From positions 1-64,000 of IMG/VR virus record IMGVR_UViG_3300023181_000029: a stretch of 64,000 nucleotides of DNA, one strand, 5' to 3'. Shown one piece after another: positions 8,783-17,256 of this stretch (its first letter is position 1; every line of letters begins with the position of its first letter). The notes under the pieces were generated by a model. It did no database searches and was not told the origin of the DNA. It saw only the letters and a program-made list of their open reading frames with translations. The stretch comes from a virus. Both the position numbers and the translations under genes were made by a program.

Positions 8783-9404
8783 TCTATTTACCACATATTA
8801 CAGGGATAAGAACGTTGAGCGCGACTGCGAGAATAGAGATGCCTTATTCGCTAATATCGCGAACCGTAGGATTGACGGTGTATGGATAATGAGTGAAGTT
8901 GAGCCGCCATATAAAGACATATGGTCGCCGATACCACATAGACCTACATTTCAAGACTTCTTTAACAAGGCTAATGAGGTGGTTGAAATATGGAAAGACG
9001 AAACTGTATACTCTATAATCTGCAACACCGACATTTATTTCAAAGACCTCGACCTATCACAACTAGGCGAAAATGAATGTTGGGCACTAACTAGGTGGGA
9101 TATTCAAGAGAGTGGACGCGCAAGGTTCTTAAATAGACCGGATTCGCAAGACGCATGGATATTCAAAGGCAAAATAAAGAAAGGCAACTATAATTTCTGT
9201 AACGGAATTATGGGCTGCGATAACAGGTTAGCTCACGAATTAGAGGTTGCGGGATATAAAGTGCGAAACGTAAGCCTCGATGTTAAAGCATATCACTTAC
9301 ATTTGACGGGCGTTCGTAACTATAAAGAAACAGACAAGAAAGTGCCGCCGCCATATAAAACGTTGTGGCCTGAATTTATTGACCCTGAAAAGAATATGAA
9401 ATGA
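8775..9404 (+). CDS. Putative GT-A-like glycosyltransferase
   Basis: CNTDIYF, ALTRW, DSQDAWIF, GCDNRL motifs; operon context. Confidence 0.55.
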   Translation: MINLFTTYYRDKNVERDCENRDALFANIANRRIDGVWIMSEVEPPYKDIWSPIPHRPTFQDFFNKANEVVEIWKDETVYSIICNTDIYFKDLDLSQLGENECWALTRWDIQESGRARFLNRPDSQDAWIFKGKIKKGNYNFCNGIMGCDNRLAHELEVAGYKVRNVSLDVKAYHLHLTGVRNYKETDKKVPPPYKTLWPEFIDPEKNMK

Positions 9405-9628
9405 ATGCTAAAGAGGCAAAGGAATTAACTGATAAAATACGTAAATACGAATGTAGTAGCTTGGGCATTTACACTCGTATAGAAGCAGCCGCAAGAGATG
9501 GTCAATCTTGCATATATACAGGGATGCAATTTGGCAACCTAAATAGGGAGGTGCTAACCCAATTGAGTAAAGATGGTTTTATCGTAGAGCCGGGACATTC
9601 TGCGGGTGCTCACATAATTCGTTGGTAA
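9401..9628 (+). CDS. Hypothetical protein
   Basis: Overlapping ORF inside operon. Confidence 0.6.
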   Translation: MNAKEAKELTDKIRKYECSSLGIYTRIEAAARDGQSCIYTGMQFGNLNREVLTQLSKDGFIVEPGHSAGAHIIRW

Positions 9629-10540
9629 ATGAAAATATATCATATTGGACTAGCGGCAGGGACAAACGACGGGCTTTGCAGGGAACTGCAAAAGCTAGGT
9701 GAATACTATGAAATAAACACGTCAGTTAAAGGCTTAAAACACCAATGTGTAAATGAAGCCCGTGCGATAAAGCCTGATTTTATATTCATGCAGATACAGT
9801 CACCGGATATTATTGACGCGAGGACTGTGTACCAATTAAAACAAACAGGCGCAAAGATAGTTAACTGGACGGGTGATGTTAGACAGCCTATTCCGCAATG
9901 GTACGTAGAAGTGGGCGCTCATATTGACTACACGTTATTCTCGAATGAGCACGATGTAATTGAATTTACAAGGCTAGGACTACCAGCTAAATTTGTACAG
10001 ATAGGCTACGACCCTGAAATATTTACTCCAAAAGGAATACCGACCAAAGTAGCGGACATAATATTTGCTGGAAATCATTATGGCGAACATTTCCCCTTAG
10101 GTAAATTTAGAGAGAATATTGCTCACACACTAAAGAGAAGTTATAGTTCAGTAGCGGTATTTGGTTCAGGATGGAATCCGACTGGCTGGAAGGACAACGG
10201 CATAGTGTCAGACCTTGAATTGCAATCCGCATTATATCGCGGCTGTAAAATAGGCGTGAATTGCTCACACTTCGATATTGAGCGCTATTCTAGTGATAGG
10301 ATATTGCGAATAATGGGTTCCGGCGCATTTTGTTTAACCCACCACTATAAAGGAATTGAGAAAGATTATGTGGTTGGCGAACATTTAGCGACATTCACTG
10401 ATATGAAAGACCTGATTAATAAGGTTGAGTATTATTTGAACAACGATACTGAACGCGAACGAATAGCTAAAGCAGGGCACGAGCACACTTTGAATAATTT
10501 TACATGGGCACACATGGTTAAAAACATAATGGCTATATGA
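9629..10540 (+). CDS. GT-B glycosyltransferase, CgeB/Glyco_trans_1_2-like
   Basis: GYDPEIF, FAGN, SDRILRIMGSGAFCLT, YYLNNDTERERIAKAG. Confidence 0.85.
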   Translation: MKIYHIGLAAGTNDGLCRELQKLGEYYEINTSVKGLKHQCVNEARAIKPDFIFMQIQSPDIIDARTVYQLKQTGAKIVNWTGDVRQPIPQWYVEVGAHIDYTLFSNEHDVIEFTRLGLPAKFVQIGYDPEIFTPKGIPTKVADIIFAGNHYGEHFPLGKFRENIAHTLKRSYSSVAVFGSGWNPTGWKDNGIVSDLELQSALYRGCKIGVNCSHFDIERYSSDRILRIMGSGAFCLTHHYKGIEKDYVVGEHLATFTDMKDLINKVEYYLNNDTERERIAKAGHEHTLNNFTWAHMVKNIMAI

Positions 10541-11250
10541 AAACACTAGCCTACTACCCGCTACACTACGGCAAGGAGTATCTTGATATTTCCCTGCAAT
10601 CTATTTTGCCCCACGTAGACAAAGTGATTATACTGTTTAGTTCGCGTCCTTCATACGGACACGAAACAGTAGACCGAAATCCTGATACGCCCCGTGAAAT
10701 GATGGAGATATGCCTAAAATACCCCAAAGTACAATGGGTAGACATAACCGGAATACGTGGCGAGGGTAATCATCGCGACAGAATACTTAGATACGCGCAA
10801 GACTACGACTTAATACTAGCGGTGGACGCTGATGAGGTTTGGGGCGAAGATTTGCCACAAGCGCTTAAAATGGCTTACGAGGGAACGTCAAGGAATTACA
10901 TGATTAGGGGATATGTAAATTTTTGGCGTTCCTTTAACCATATCTGCAAAGACCACTTCACGCCAGTACGGATAATAAATCTGAAACATGGCGTTGGTGA
11001 AGTAATAATCGAGGGTACGATTTATCATTTCGGAACCGCGCAATCGGAAGCTGTAATGAGATACAAGTATCCTATTCATGGGCACAAAGATGAAATCCGT
11101 CCGAATTGGCTGGAAGAAAAGTACTTCGCAGGCGCAATAAATGATTTACACCCCACATCAATAGGATTGTGGAACGCAGAACCATACGACAAAAAACAAT
11201 TGCCTGATTTAATAAAGGGGCATGTAAATTACAAGAAAGCCGTAATATGA
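10537..11250 (+). CDS. GT2-like glycosyltransferase
   Basis: SLQSILPHVDKVII and LAVDADE DxD motif. Confidence 0.75.
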   Translation: MKTLAYYPLHYGKEYLDISLQSILPHVDKVIILFSSRPSYGHETVDRNPDTPREMMEICLKYPKVQWVDITGIRGEGNHRDRILRYAQDYDLILAVDADEVWGEDLPQALKMAYEGTSRNYMIRGYVNFWRSFNHICKDHFTPVRIINLKHGVGEVIIEGTIYHFGTAQSEAVMRYKYPIHGHKDEIRPNWLEEKYFAGAINDLHPTSIGLWNAEPYDKKQLPDLIKGHVNYKKAVI

Positions 11251-11780
11251 CCCTAGGAGCCGTAATAGTAGAGAACCGTTTAAATGGCGCGTTCTCGTTA
11301 GCATGGAAGTCAGTTGAGAAACTAGGCATACCAATGGTGCATTTCGATAATCCCGATATTAAATCGCTGGAAGACTACAATAAACTATTAACCACGCCTG
11401 ATTTTTGGGAGAACATAGCGTTTGATAAAATACTGATATTTCAAAGTGATTGTCGTGTGTTACGCACCAATATTCAAGACTTCATTCAGTATGATTACGT
11501 TGGTGCACCGTGGGACTTTCAGCAAGACGGCGGTAATGGCGGATTATCGCTCAGAACCAAATCCGTTATGTTGGATGTTATTAAAAACCACCCACGCGCA
11601 AAAGGCATGAATGAGGATATTTATTTCTCAAAGTATATACCTGAACATGGTAAATTAGCGCCGCGTGACGTGTGTATGAGATTCTCCGTTGAAACAGTTT
11701 ATTATCCGACACCATTTGGAATACATGCGCCGTGGAAATGGCTACCAGTTGAACAGGTTAAAAAGTTAATGGTATCGTGA
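11247..11780 (+). CDS. DUF5672-like putative glycosyltransferase
   Basis: LIFQSD, YDYVGAPW, GNGGLSLR, EDIYF, FSVE, PFGIH. Confidence 0.8.
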   Translation: MTLGAVIVENRLNGAFSLAWKSVEKLGIPMVHFDNPDIKSLEDYNKLLTTPDFWENIAFDKILIFQSDCRVLRTNIQDFIQYDYVGAPWDFQQDGGNGGLSLRTKSVMLDVIKNHPRAKGMNEDIYFSKYIPEHGKLAPRDVCMRFSVETVYYPTPFGIHAPWKWLPVEQVKKLMVS

Positions 11781-12619
11781 ACGGCGTAGCTATTATAGCA
11801 CTAGGCAATAAGGTCTACGGACAGTATGCTTTCAATCTTGCATTGTCAATCAAATGGAACGACAACGCGCCTATCGCTGTGATACACGATAATACTTCGC
11901 TTGAATCATTGTCACATGAGCAATTAGCTTATTTCGACCACCTCATTGAGTGTAAAGAGGATTTTAAAGGCGAATATCAGAAATGCAAGTTTCTTTTGCA
12001 CAAACTAAGTCCATTCAATAGAACCCTGTATATAGACGCAGACAGCCTTTGGTGTCCACATCATACTTTAGACCCGTTTTTAACACATGATATACCATTG
12101 CAAAATAACTTTGCAATATCAACTTGCGGGTACTATAACATAAAAGAGGATAAATCCACGTCAGACAAGTATATGTATTGGGGTAGCCCTTATGAAACTG
12201 CAAAATATTTTAACATTATTGAGGGCAAAATGCCAAAAACATTTGCAGGGTTCTTTATCTTTGATAAGTGCGAGGCGGTAGATAGGGTATTTGAACGGGC
12301 ATTAGAGGTTTATGAATCGAATGCTCCATGTTCAGAATGGAATAATGGTAAGCCTGACGAATACTGTTTTAATGTTGCGCTGATAGATTATCCTTTAGAT
12401 TACGATTGGTGTCCTCAGTATTTTGACCACTTTATAGGATTCAAAACGCACCACCAAATAAAGAAAGAGTTTTGTTCTTTCGGTATGGCGGGACATAAAT
12501 CACATCAGTATATAAAAGACCTGTATAATTCGCTGATAAAACAGTACGGCAACAAGAGAATTGAAACATTTGAATACGTAGATAAAAACACAGTGCTAAA
12601 AAGTAGAGAAGTATGGTGA
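11777..12619 (+). CDS. GT8-like nucleotide-diphospho-sugar transferase
   Basis: SPFNRTLYIDAD DxD motif, AGFFIF, DE. Confidence 0.7.
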   Translation: MNGVAIIALGNKVYGQYAFNLALSIKWNDNAPIAVIHDNTSLESLSHEQLAYFDHLIECKEDFKGEYQKCKFLLHKLSPFNRTLYIDADSLWCPHHTLDPFLTHDIPLQNNFAISTCGYYNIKEDKSTSDKYMYWGSPYETAKYFNIIEGKMPKTFAGFFIFDKCEAVDRVFERALEVYESNAPCSEWNNGKPDEYCFNVALIDYPLDYDWCPQYFDHFIGFKTHHQIKKEFCSFGMAGHKSHQYIKDLYNSLIKQYGNKRIETFEYVDKNTVLKSREVW

Positions 12620-12840
12620 ACCCACAAGACTATAAGTACGGATTCCATTGCCAGAGAGGCGCAAAGACAAGACCGGTTATTGAAAGCCTTACCTTTATCT
12701 CAAAAGAAGGCAACCATTTCGTAAAAATCAGACCACTCGAAGAAACATTTGAGTACACTACAGATTACAGCGACAGTTACTTGCCGATGGAAACGAGATT
12801 AGCCAACGATTTCTTGGCGCTTAAAACCAGTAAAAGATGA
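12613..12840 (+). CDS. Hypothetical protein
   Basis: Overlapping ORF. Confidence 0.55.
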   Translation: MVNPQDYKYGFHCQRGAKTRPVIESLTFISKEGNHFVKIRPLEETFEYTTDYSDSYLPMETRLANDFLALKTSKR

Positions 12841-13157
12841 TTACGGAAGACCAATGGACAACCGGCAAAGGTCGGAGAATGGAATGGGACGTTGAAATTC
12901 TTGAACTAGGCGTAGTGAAGCAGGTTCACGACAATCTAAGGACACGCGATATAAAGGTCGTAACCATAGAGCAATATCCGCAGCACTTCACTATTACCGC
13001 TATTAACAGGATTATACCGCATACCGAAAAATTAGTTGTAGGTACACGCCAATACATAGAGGTAAATCTTGAGGGTAAAAAAACAATGAAGGGTGAATTT
13101 AAAAACATAATGTTAAGACAAATAGGAAGGACAGATGCTAAAACCAACGTTCAATAA
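12837..13157 (+). CDS. Second DUF3127-like OB-fold protein
   Basis: EQYPQ and VNLEGK motifs; no acidic tail. Confidence 0.55.
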   Translation: MITEDQWTTGKGRRMEWDVEILELGVVKQVHDNLRTRDIKVVTIEQYPQHFTITAINRIIPHTEKLVVGTRQYIEVNLEGKKTMKGEFKNIMLRQIGRTDAKTNVQ

Positions 13158-13650
13158 TATCAAGATACGCCCATATTTGTGGGGTGAAAAGACCAATGGT
13201 GGGTTATTTATACCAGAGCCATCGCAAAAAAGACTACAGCCATTCGGCGAGATAACAGCCGTAGGCGACGGTTCGACCGAAAAGCCAATGACGTTTAAGG
13301 TTGGCGACATAGTATTGCTTCCTGCAAAAAAGAACAACTACTACGACGAAGACAAGGTGAAGCACCTGATTTGCTCGCAGTACGATATTTACCTCAGCAA
13401 GAACGACAAATTACAAGCTAGACAGGCGTGGGTATTAATCACGCCTGAAAAAGAGTACGATGGCCCTATTGTAATGATAGAAGAAACTCTACGTCACATG
13501 GGTAAAGTTATATCAGTAGGCGAACAGTGCGAAGTTATAAAAGAGGGTGACAGGGTTTATTATGAGGGCGCAAGGACTATTTATTACCATGACGAAGATG
13601 GAACTACTTACGAGCTGGTTCATTACTTGGACGTAAAGGCGATTCTATGA
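13135..13650 (+). CDS. Co-chaperonin GroES-like protein, two domains
   Basis: LKP..EKTNGGLFIPE..GEITAVGDG..KVGDIV; second unit GKVISVG..IKEGDRV..DVKAIL. Confidence 0.8.
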   Translation: MLKPTFNNIKIRPYLWGEKTNGGLFIPEPSQKRLQPFGEITAVGDGSTEKPMTFKVGDIVLLPAKKNNYYDEDKVKHLICSQYDIYLSKNDKLQARQAWVLITPEKEYDGPIVMIEETLRHMGKVISVGEQCEVIKEGDRVYYEGARTIYYHDEDGTTYELVHYLDVKAIL

Positions 13651-14327
13651 AAGCCAACCATAACCACGTAATAGTTAAGGTTGACGAGGACTACGACCAA
13701 GTGCGCGGCATATACGTTGGACTAACCAATAACAATAAGGGCTACAATGCACCACGCACAGGAACAGTAATAGCAGCGCCAGACGAAATAGTATTTAGGG
13801 GCAAGCAAATACGCGCAATCCGTAAGCACCATGAAGATGTAGGTGAAACTAATATCCGATTGATTCAGTACTATACTAAGATTTCTAACCACTACGGCAC
13901 AACGGCTGAATTAAAAGAAGGCGACAAAGTATGGTTTCCTTCGTCAGTGATGATGAATGACCTTAATGATTGCGGTGAATACAAGTCTATTCCATACCAC
14001 TACATTTATTGCGCCAGTCGTGAAGACGAAGTGGTGATGTGTAACGGATACTTATTGGTAGAGCCTGTTATTGAGCAAAAGAATATGTTCTCTATTGACG
14101 GCAACGATAAAGTAACTGAAATGTGGGGCGTGATTAAATATCTCGGCTCGTTAAATAAAGGCTATATCGGCTACCCTGATATTGAAGACGTAGACGAATT
14201 AAAGGCAGGAATGAAAATCGTATTCAATAAAGCATTTCAGACACCATTGGAGAATGACTTGCATAAGCGATTTGACAAAAATTATTTTATCATGCACCGT
14301 AAAGATGTTTTAGGCTATGAAGACTGA
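13647..14327 (+). CDS. Divergent GroES-like protein, two domains
   Basis: GTVIAAP..LKEGDKV and YLLVEP..GVIKY..LKAGMKIVF..DVLG. Confidence 0.65.
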   Translation: MKANHNHVIVKVDEDYDQVRGIYVGLTNNNKGYNAPRTGTVIAAPDEIVFRGKQIRAIRKHHEDVGETNIRLIQYYTKISNHYGTTAELKEGDKVWFPSSVMMNDLNDCGEYKSIPYHYIYCASREDEVVMCNGYLLVEPVIEQKNMFSIDGNDKVTEMWGVIKYLGSLNKGYIGYPDIEDVDELKAGMKIVFNKAFQTPLENDLHKRFDKNYFIMHRKDVLGYED

Positions 14328-14481
14328 AATAGAAGTGTTAATAACAAGAAAAACAACCGAACCTCATAGTAGTGTTCGGGCAGAGATTATTGTCACTAAA
14401 GAATTATTTACCATTACAGGTGAATTGGCTAATAATTTTGAAATTGACAAAACCTACAAAATAACTATTAGTGAAGTTTAA
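14317..14481 (+). CDS. Hypothetical protein, 54 aa (not in ORF track)
   Basis: Manual translation MKTEIEVLIT...KITISEV*; fills gap. Confidence 0.55.
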   Translation: MKTEIEVLITRKTTEPHSSVRAEIIVTKELFTITGELANNFEIDKTYKITISEV

Positions 14482-15079
14482 GCAGGAAGACTTCAAGAAG
14501 ATGCGCTATAACCCAATGGAAGTTCCAAAGGGCACTAGTCTATTAGACCACTATCCGACGCTTAAACTTTATAAGGAGCTTGACAAAAAGGTAGTAGGGT
14601 TTGACGCTGATAAAATACTATCCTACGTTATATTCCTAATAGATGACAATTCGCCGTTCTTTAAAGTAGAGGATTTCGCGCAAAGGCACCGATTGGCCGC
14701 GCAGCAAGCCGGACTAAAGGAAACCGACATTGAAAAGCTGGATATAAAGAGTAACGTTGCCCTTAATTCGATATTCTCAGGCTATCTGCGGGTAGTAAAC
14801 AGCGATGACTTTACGTTGTGGTTTTCTTTAAAGCAGAACTTCTACAACAACACTGAAATGATACGCGATGCTACACTTGAGGGCAACGACCCCGTAATGG
14901 CGGTAAAGCGTAAACAGGAAATAGGCATAGCGCTTAAAGATTCCCTGAACACAATCCGCGACCTAGAGGCTAGATTGTTTAAGGACGAAAGAATAAAGGA
15001 TAGGGTTACGCAATCAGCAATGATAGAAATGGTTAACTGGACAGAACGTTTGGCTGACCCATCAGGCACAGTACATTGA
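14471..15079 (+). CDS. Helical protein upstream of terminase (possible small terminase)
   Basis: Position only. Confidence 0.4.
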   Translation: MKFKQEDFKKMRYNPMEVPKGTSLLDHYPTLKLYKELDKKVVGFDADKILSYVIFLIDDNSPFFKVEDFAQRHRLAAQQAGLKETDIEKLDIKSNVALNSIFSGYLRVVNSDDFTLWFSLKQNFYNNTEMIRDATLEGNDPVMAVKRKQEIGIALKDSLNTIRDLEARLFKDERIKDRVTQSAMIEMVNWTERLADPSGTVH

Positions 15080-17199
15080 GAGAATACACGATTAGTTGGC
15101 ACCAAGGCTTAACAAAGCAAATCGGCGAGTTTCAGGTTCCTATACCTGACATGCCGGAGCCTAAAGATATTATCAACTACGGACTACCGGCGCATAAGCA
15201 GTTCTTTGTTCGCACTATTATCCCAGAGGATATAATCACACGCACCTGTTCGCTACAAGTTGAAGAAAAGTTTGTTGAGCGAGAATGGCACCGTAGGCGT
15301 AACGGCGTATGGATGTATATTAAGGGTGAAGCACATTGGCTCCCCGGCAAGTTCTACTACTTTATGAATTACTGGACGTGCGAGTATGGCGGGTTGCCGC
15401 ACTTCCGTTTAGTGCAATTAAACGTAGCTCAGTTCTGGGAAATGTGCGTAGCTGATAAAGATTGTTTTGGAATGCTACTCATAAAGCCACGTAGGGTAGG
15501 CGGAACAGAATATGCGCTATGTGATACAGCCGAACATACTACTAGGGTAGATGAGGCTAGGGCAGGTATGCAAAATATGACTGACGACGACGCGAAAGCA
15601 GATGTCACGCGTATTAACAAGGCGCTAAAGAAGATGCCTCACTACTTTTTGCCGGTAATGGCAACTCCGTTTACCTCAAAAGATAAAGTGGTGTTCGACA
15701 TACCTAGCGAGCGTCAAACTAAAGCAAAATCACAAGAGAAGTTTAAGAGAAGCGCTGAGAATAAGGGTATTAAGGTGCTAGGGTCTGAAATAATCATCGA
15801 GGCAACAAAAATATCAGGCTTCGACGGTAAACGTTTAACGCGCCACAGGTTAGGTGAGTGCCTAAAAATAGACCCCGCGCGGATGAACATTAAGACGCAA
15901 TGGAATAACGTGCGTATGTGTATCTCGTTAAATAACGGGCAAGATTTAGTAGGTAAGGGCTATTGGGAATCTACAGTAGAGCAGGCGGAGGGCGGTAAAA
16001 ACAAAGAACTAACCAACTTAAAGCAGGTTCAAGAATTATGGGAAGAATCAGACCCTATGATTCGCGATAGGAACGGGCGCACATTATCTGGCATGTACCG
16101 TCTGTTTATTGATGCATCACAAGCCGCCAAAGTGGATGAATACGGATATCCTGAATCAGAGAAAACGGTTAAATTCCTATTGCAGCAATGGGAAGACTGG
16201 ACTAAGAAAGGAAAGTTTGACGATGTTTTGATTGACCAGCGCAAAAACCCGCTCACAATAGAACACGCGCTTACTCCAAGTAACGAGCAATGCCCATTCT
16301 TACCTCAGATACTAAAAGAAAGACTAGGCAAGATATTCCAAGGATTAGACTATAGAGGCGAAACTACCGATGTATTTGGGCGCGAAGTAAAAGATAAGGT
16401 AGGGAAATTTAATCTTATCCGCGAAGGCGGTCAGCAGGATGGTCGGGTTATCGCGGTTCCTGACCCTGAGAATGGACGGTGGGAAATGCTACTAGGACAC
16501 CCAGAAGAAACCAACAAATCGACGTTCTCAAACAACGCCAAATATCCTACCAATACCGATAAGTATTGTATGGGCGTTGACCCTTACGATGACGCTACTA
16601 CTGCCTCAGTCTATCATAGGTCAAAGGGAGCCTGTGTAGTATTTAGGAAGTTTGATTCATTATTAGATGGCAACAAATACGATGTAGTTCAAACTACAGA
16701 AGGCGAAATACAAAAACCACTTGCAGGACAGTATGCGTCGTTTATGCCCGTAGCAGTCTATGTGCACAGGCACGACAACCCTAAGCATTTCTATGAAGAC
16801 ATGGTAATGACGGCTCAATTCTTTGGATGTGAAATGCTACCTGAAACTAATAAGAAACAAATCATACCATACTTCCAAGAGCGAGGTTACGGTAGTTACA
16901 TAATGTATCCACCGGGCTATATGTTAGACGGCAAAACAGTTCGACAGCCGGGGCTTGCATCTTCTACCAACGTAATAGAGGACTACATGCAAAAAATTCA
17001 AGCATACGTATCCGAATATGGCGACGCTATACATTTTGCAACGCTACTGAAAGATTTATTAATGTTCACTCCCGCCACACGTAAAAAGCGGGATTTATCA
17101 GTAGCATTCGGCTTTGCATTGATAGCCAACTCAAATCTATTTGTTCAGGAACTAGACGACGATATATCAACGTTCACCCTAGACTTCCATACTTTGTGA
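15076..17199 (+). CDS. terL: Terminase large subunit
   Basis: KPRRVGGT P-loop region, EST motif, GVDPYD nuclease Asp, ETNK, RDLSVAFG; precedes portal. Confidence 0.9.
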   Translation: MREYTISWHQGLTKQIGEFQVPIPDMPEPKDIINYGLPAHKQFFVRTIIPEDIITRTCSLQVEEKFVEREWHRRRNGVWMYIKGEAHWLPGKFYYFMNYWTCEYGGLPHFRLVQLNVAQFWEMCVADKDCFGMLLIKPRRVGGTEYALCDTAEHTTRVDEARAGMQNMTDDDAKADVTRINKALKKMPHYFLPVMATPFTSKDKVVFDIPSERQTKAKSQEKFKRSAENKGIKVLGSEIIIEATKISGFDGKRLTRHRLGECLKIDPARMNIKTQWNNVRMCISLNNGQDLVGKGYWESTVEQAEGGKNKELTNLKQVQELWEESDPMIRDRNGRTLSGMYRLFIDASQAAKVDEYGYPESEKTVKFLLQQWEDWTKKGKFDDVLIDQRKNPLTIEHALTPSNEQCPFLPQILKERLGKIFQGLDYRGETTDVFGREVKDKVGKFNLIREGGQQDGRVIAVPDPENGRWEMLLGHPEETNKSTFSNNAKYPTNTDKYCMGVDPYDDATTASVYHRSKGACVVFRKFDSLLDGNKYDVVQTTEGEIQKPLAGQYASFMPVAVYVHRHDNPKHFYEDMVMTAQFFGCEMLPETNKKQIIPYFQERGYGSYIMYPPGYMLDGKTVRQPGLASSTNVIEDYMQKIQAYVSEYGDAIHFATLLKDLLMFTPATRKKRDLSVAFGFALIANSNLFVQELDDDISTFTLDFHTL

Positions 17200-17240
17200 T
17201 GCAATAATATTTTGCATTTATAAAAATATCATTACCTTTA
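17200..17240 (+). promoter_or_regulatory. Promoter with TGCAA-N7-TTGCA palindrome
   Basis: TGCAATAATATTTTGCA 17200..17216; TACCTTTA 17233..17240. Confidence 0.65.
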
Positions 17241-17256
17241 CTGAAATACCTTTAGC

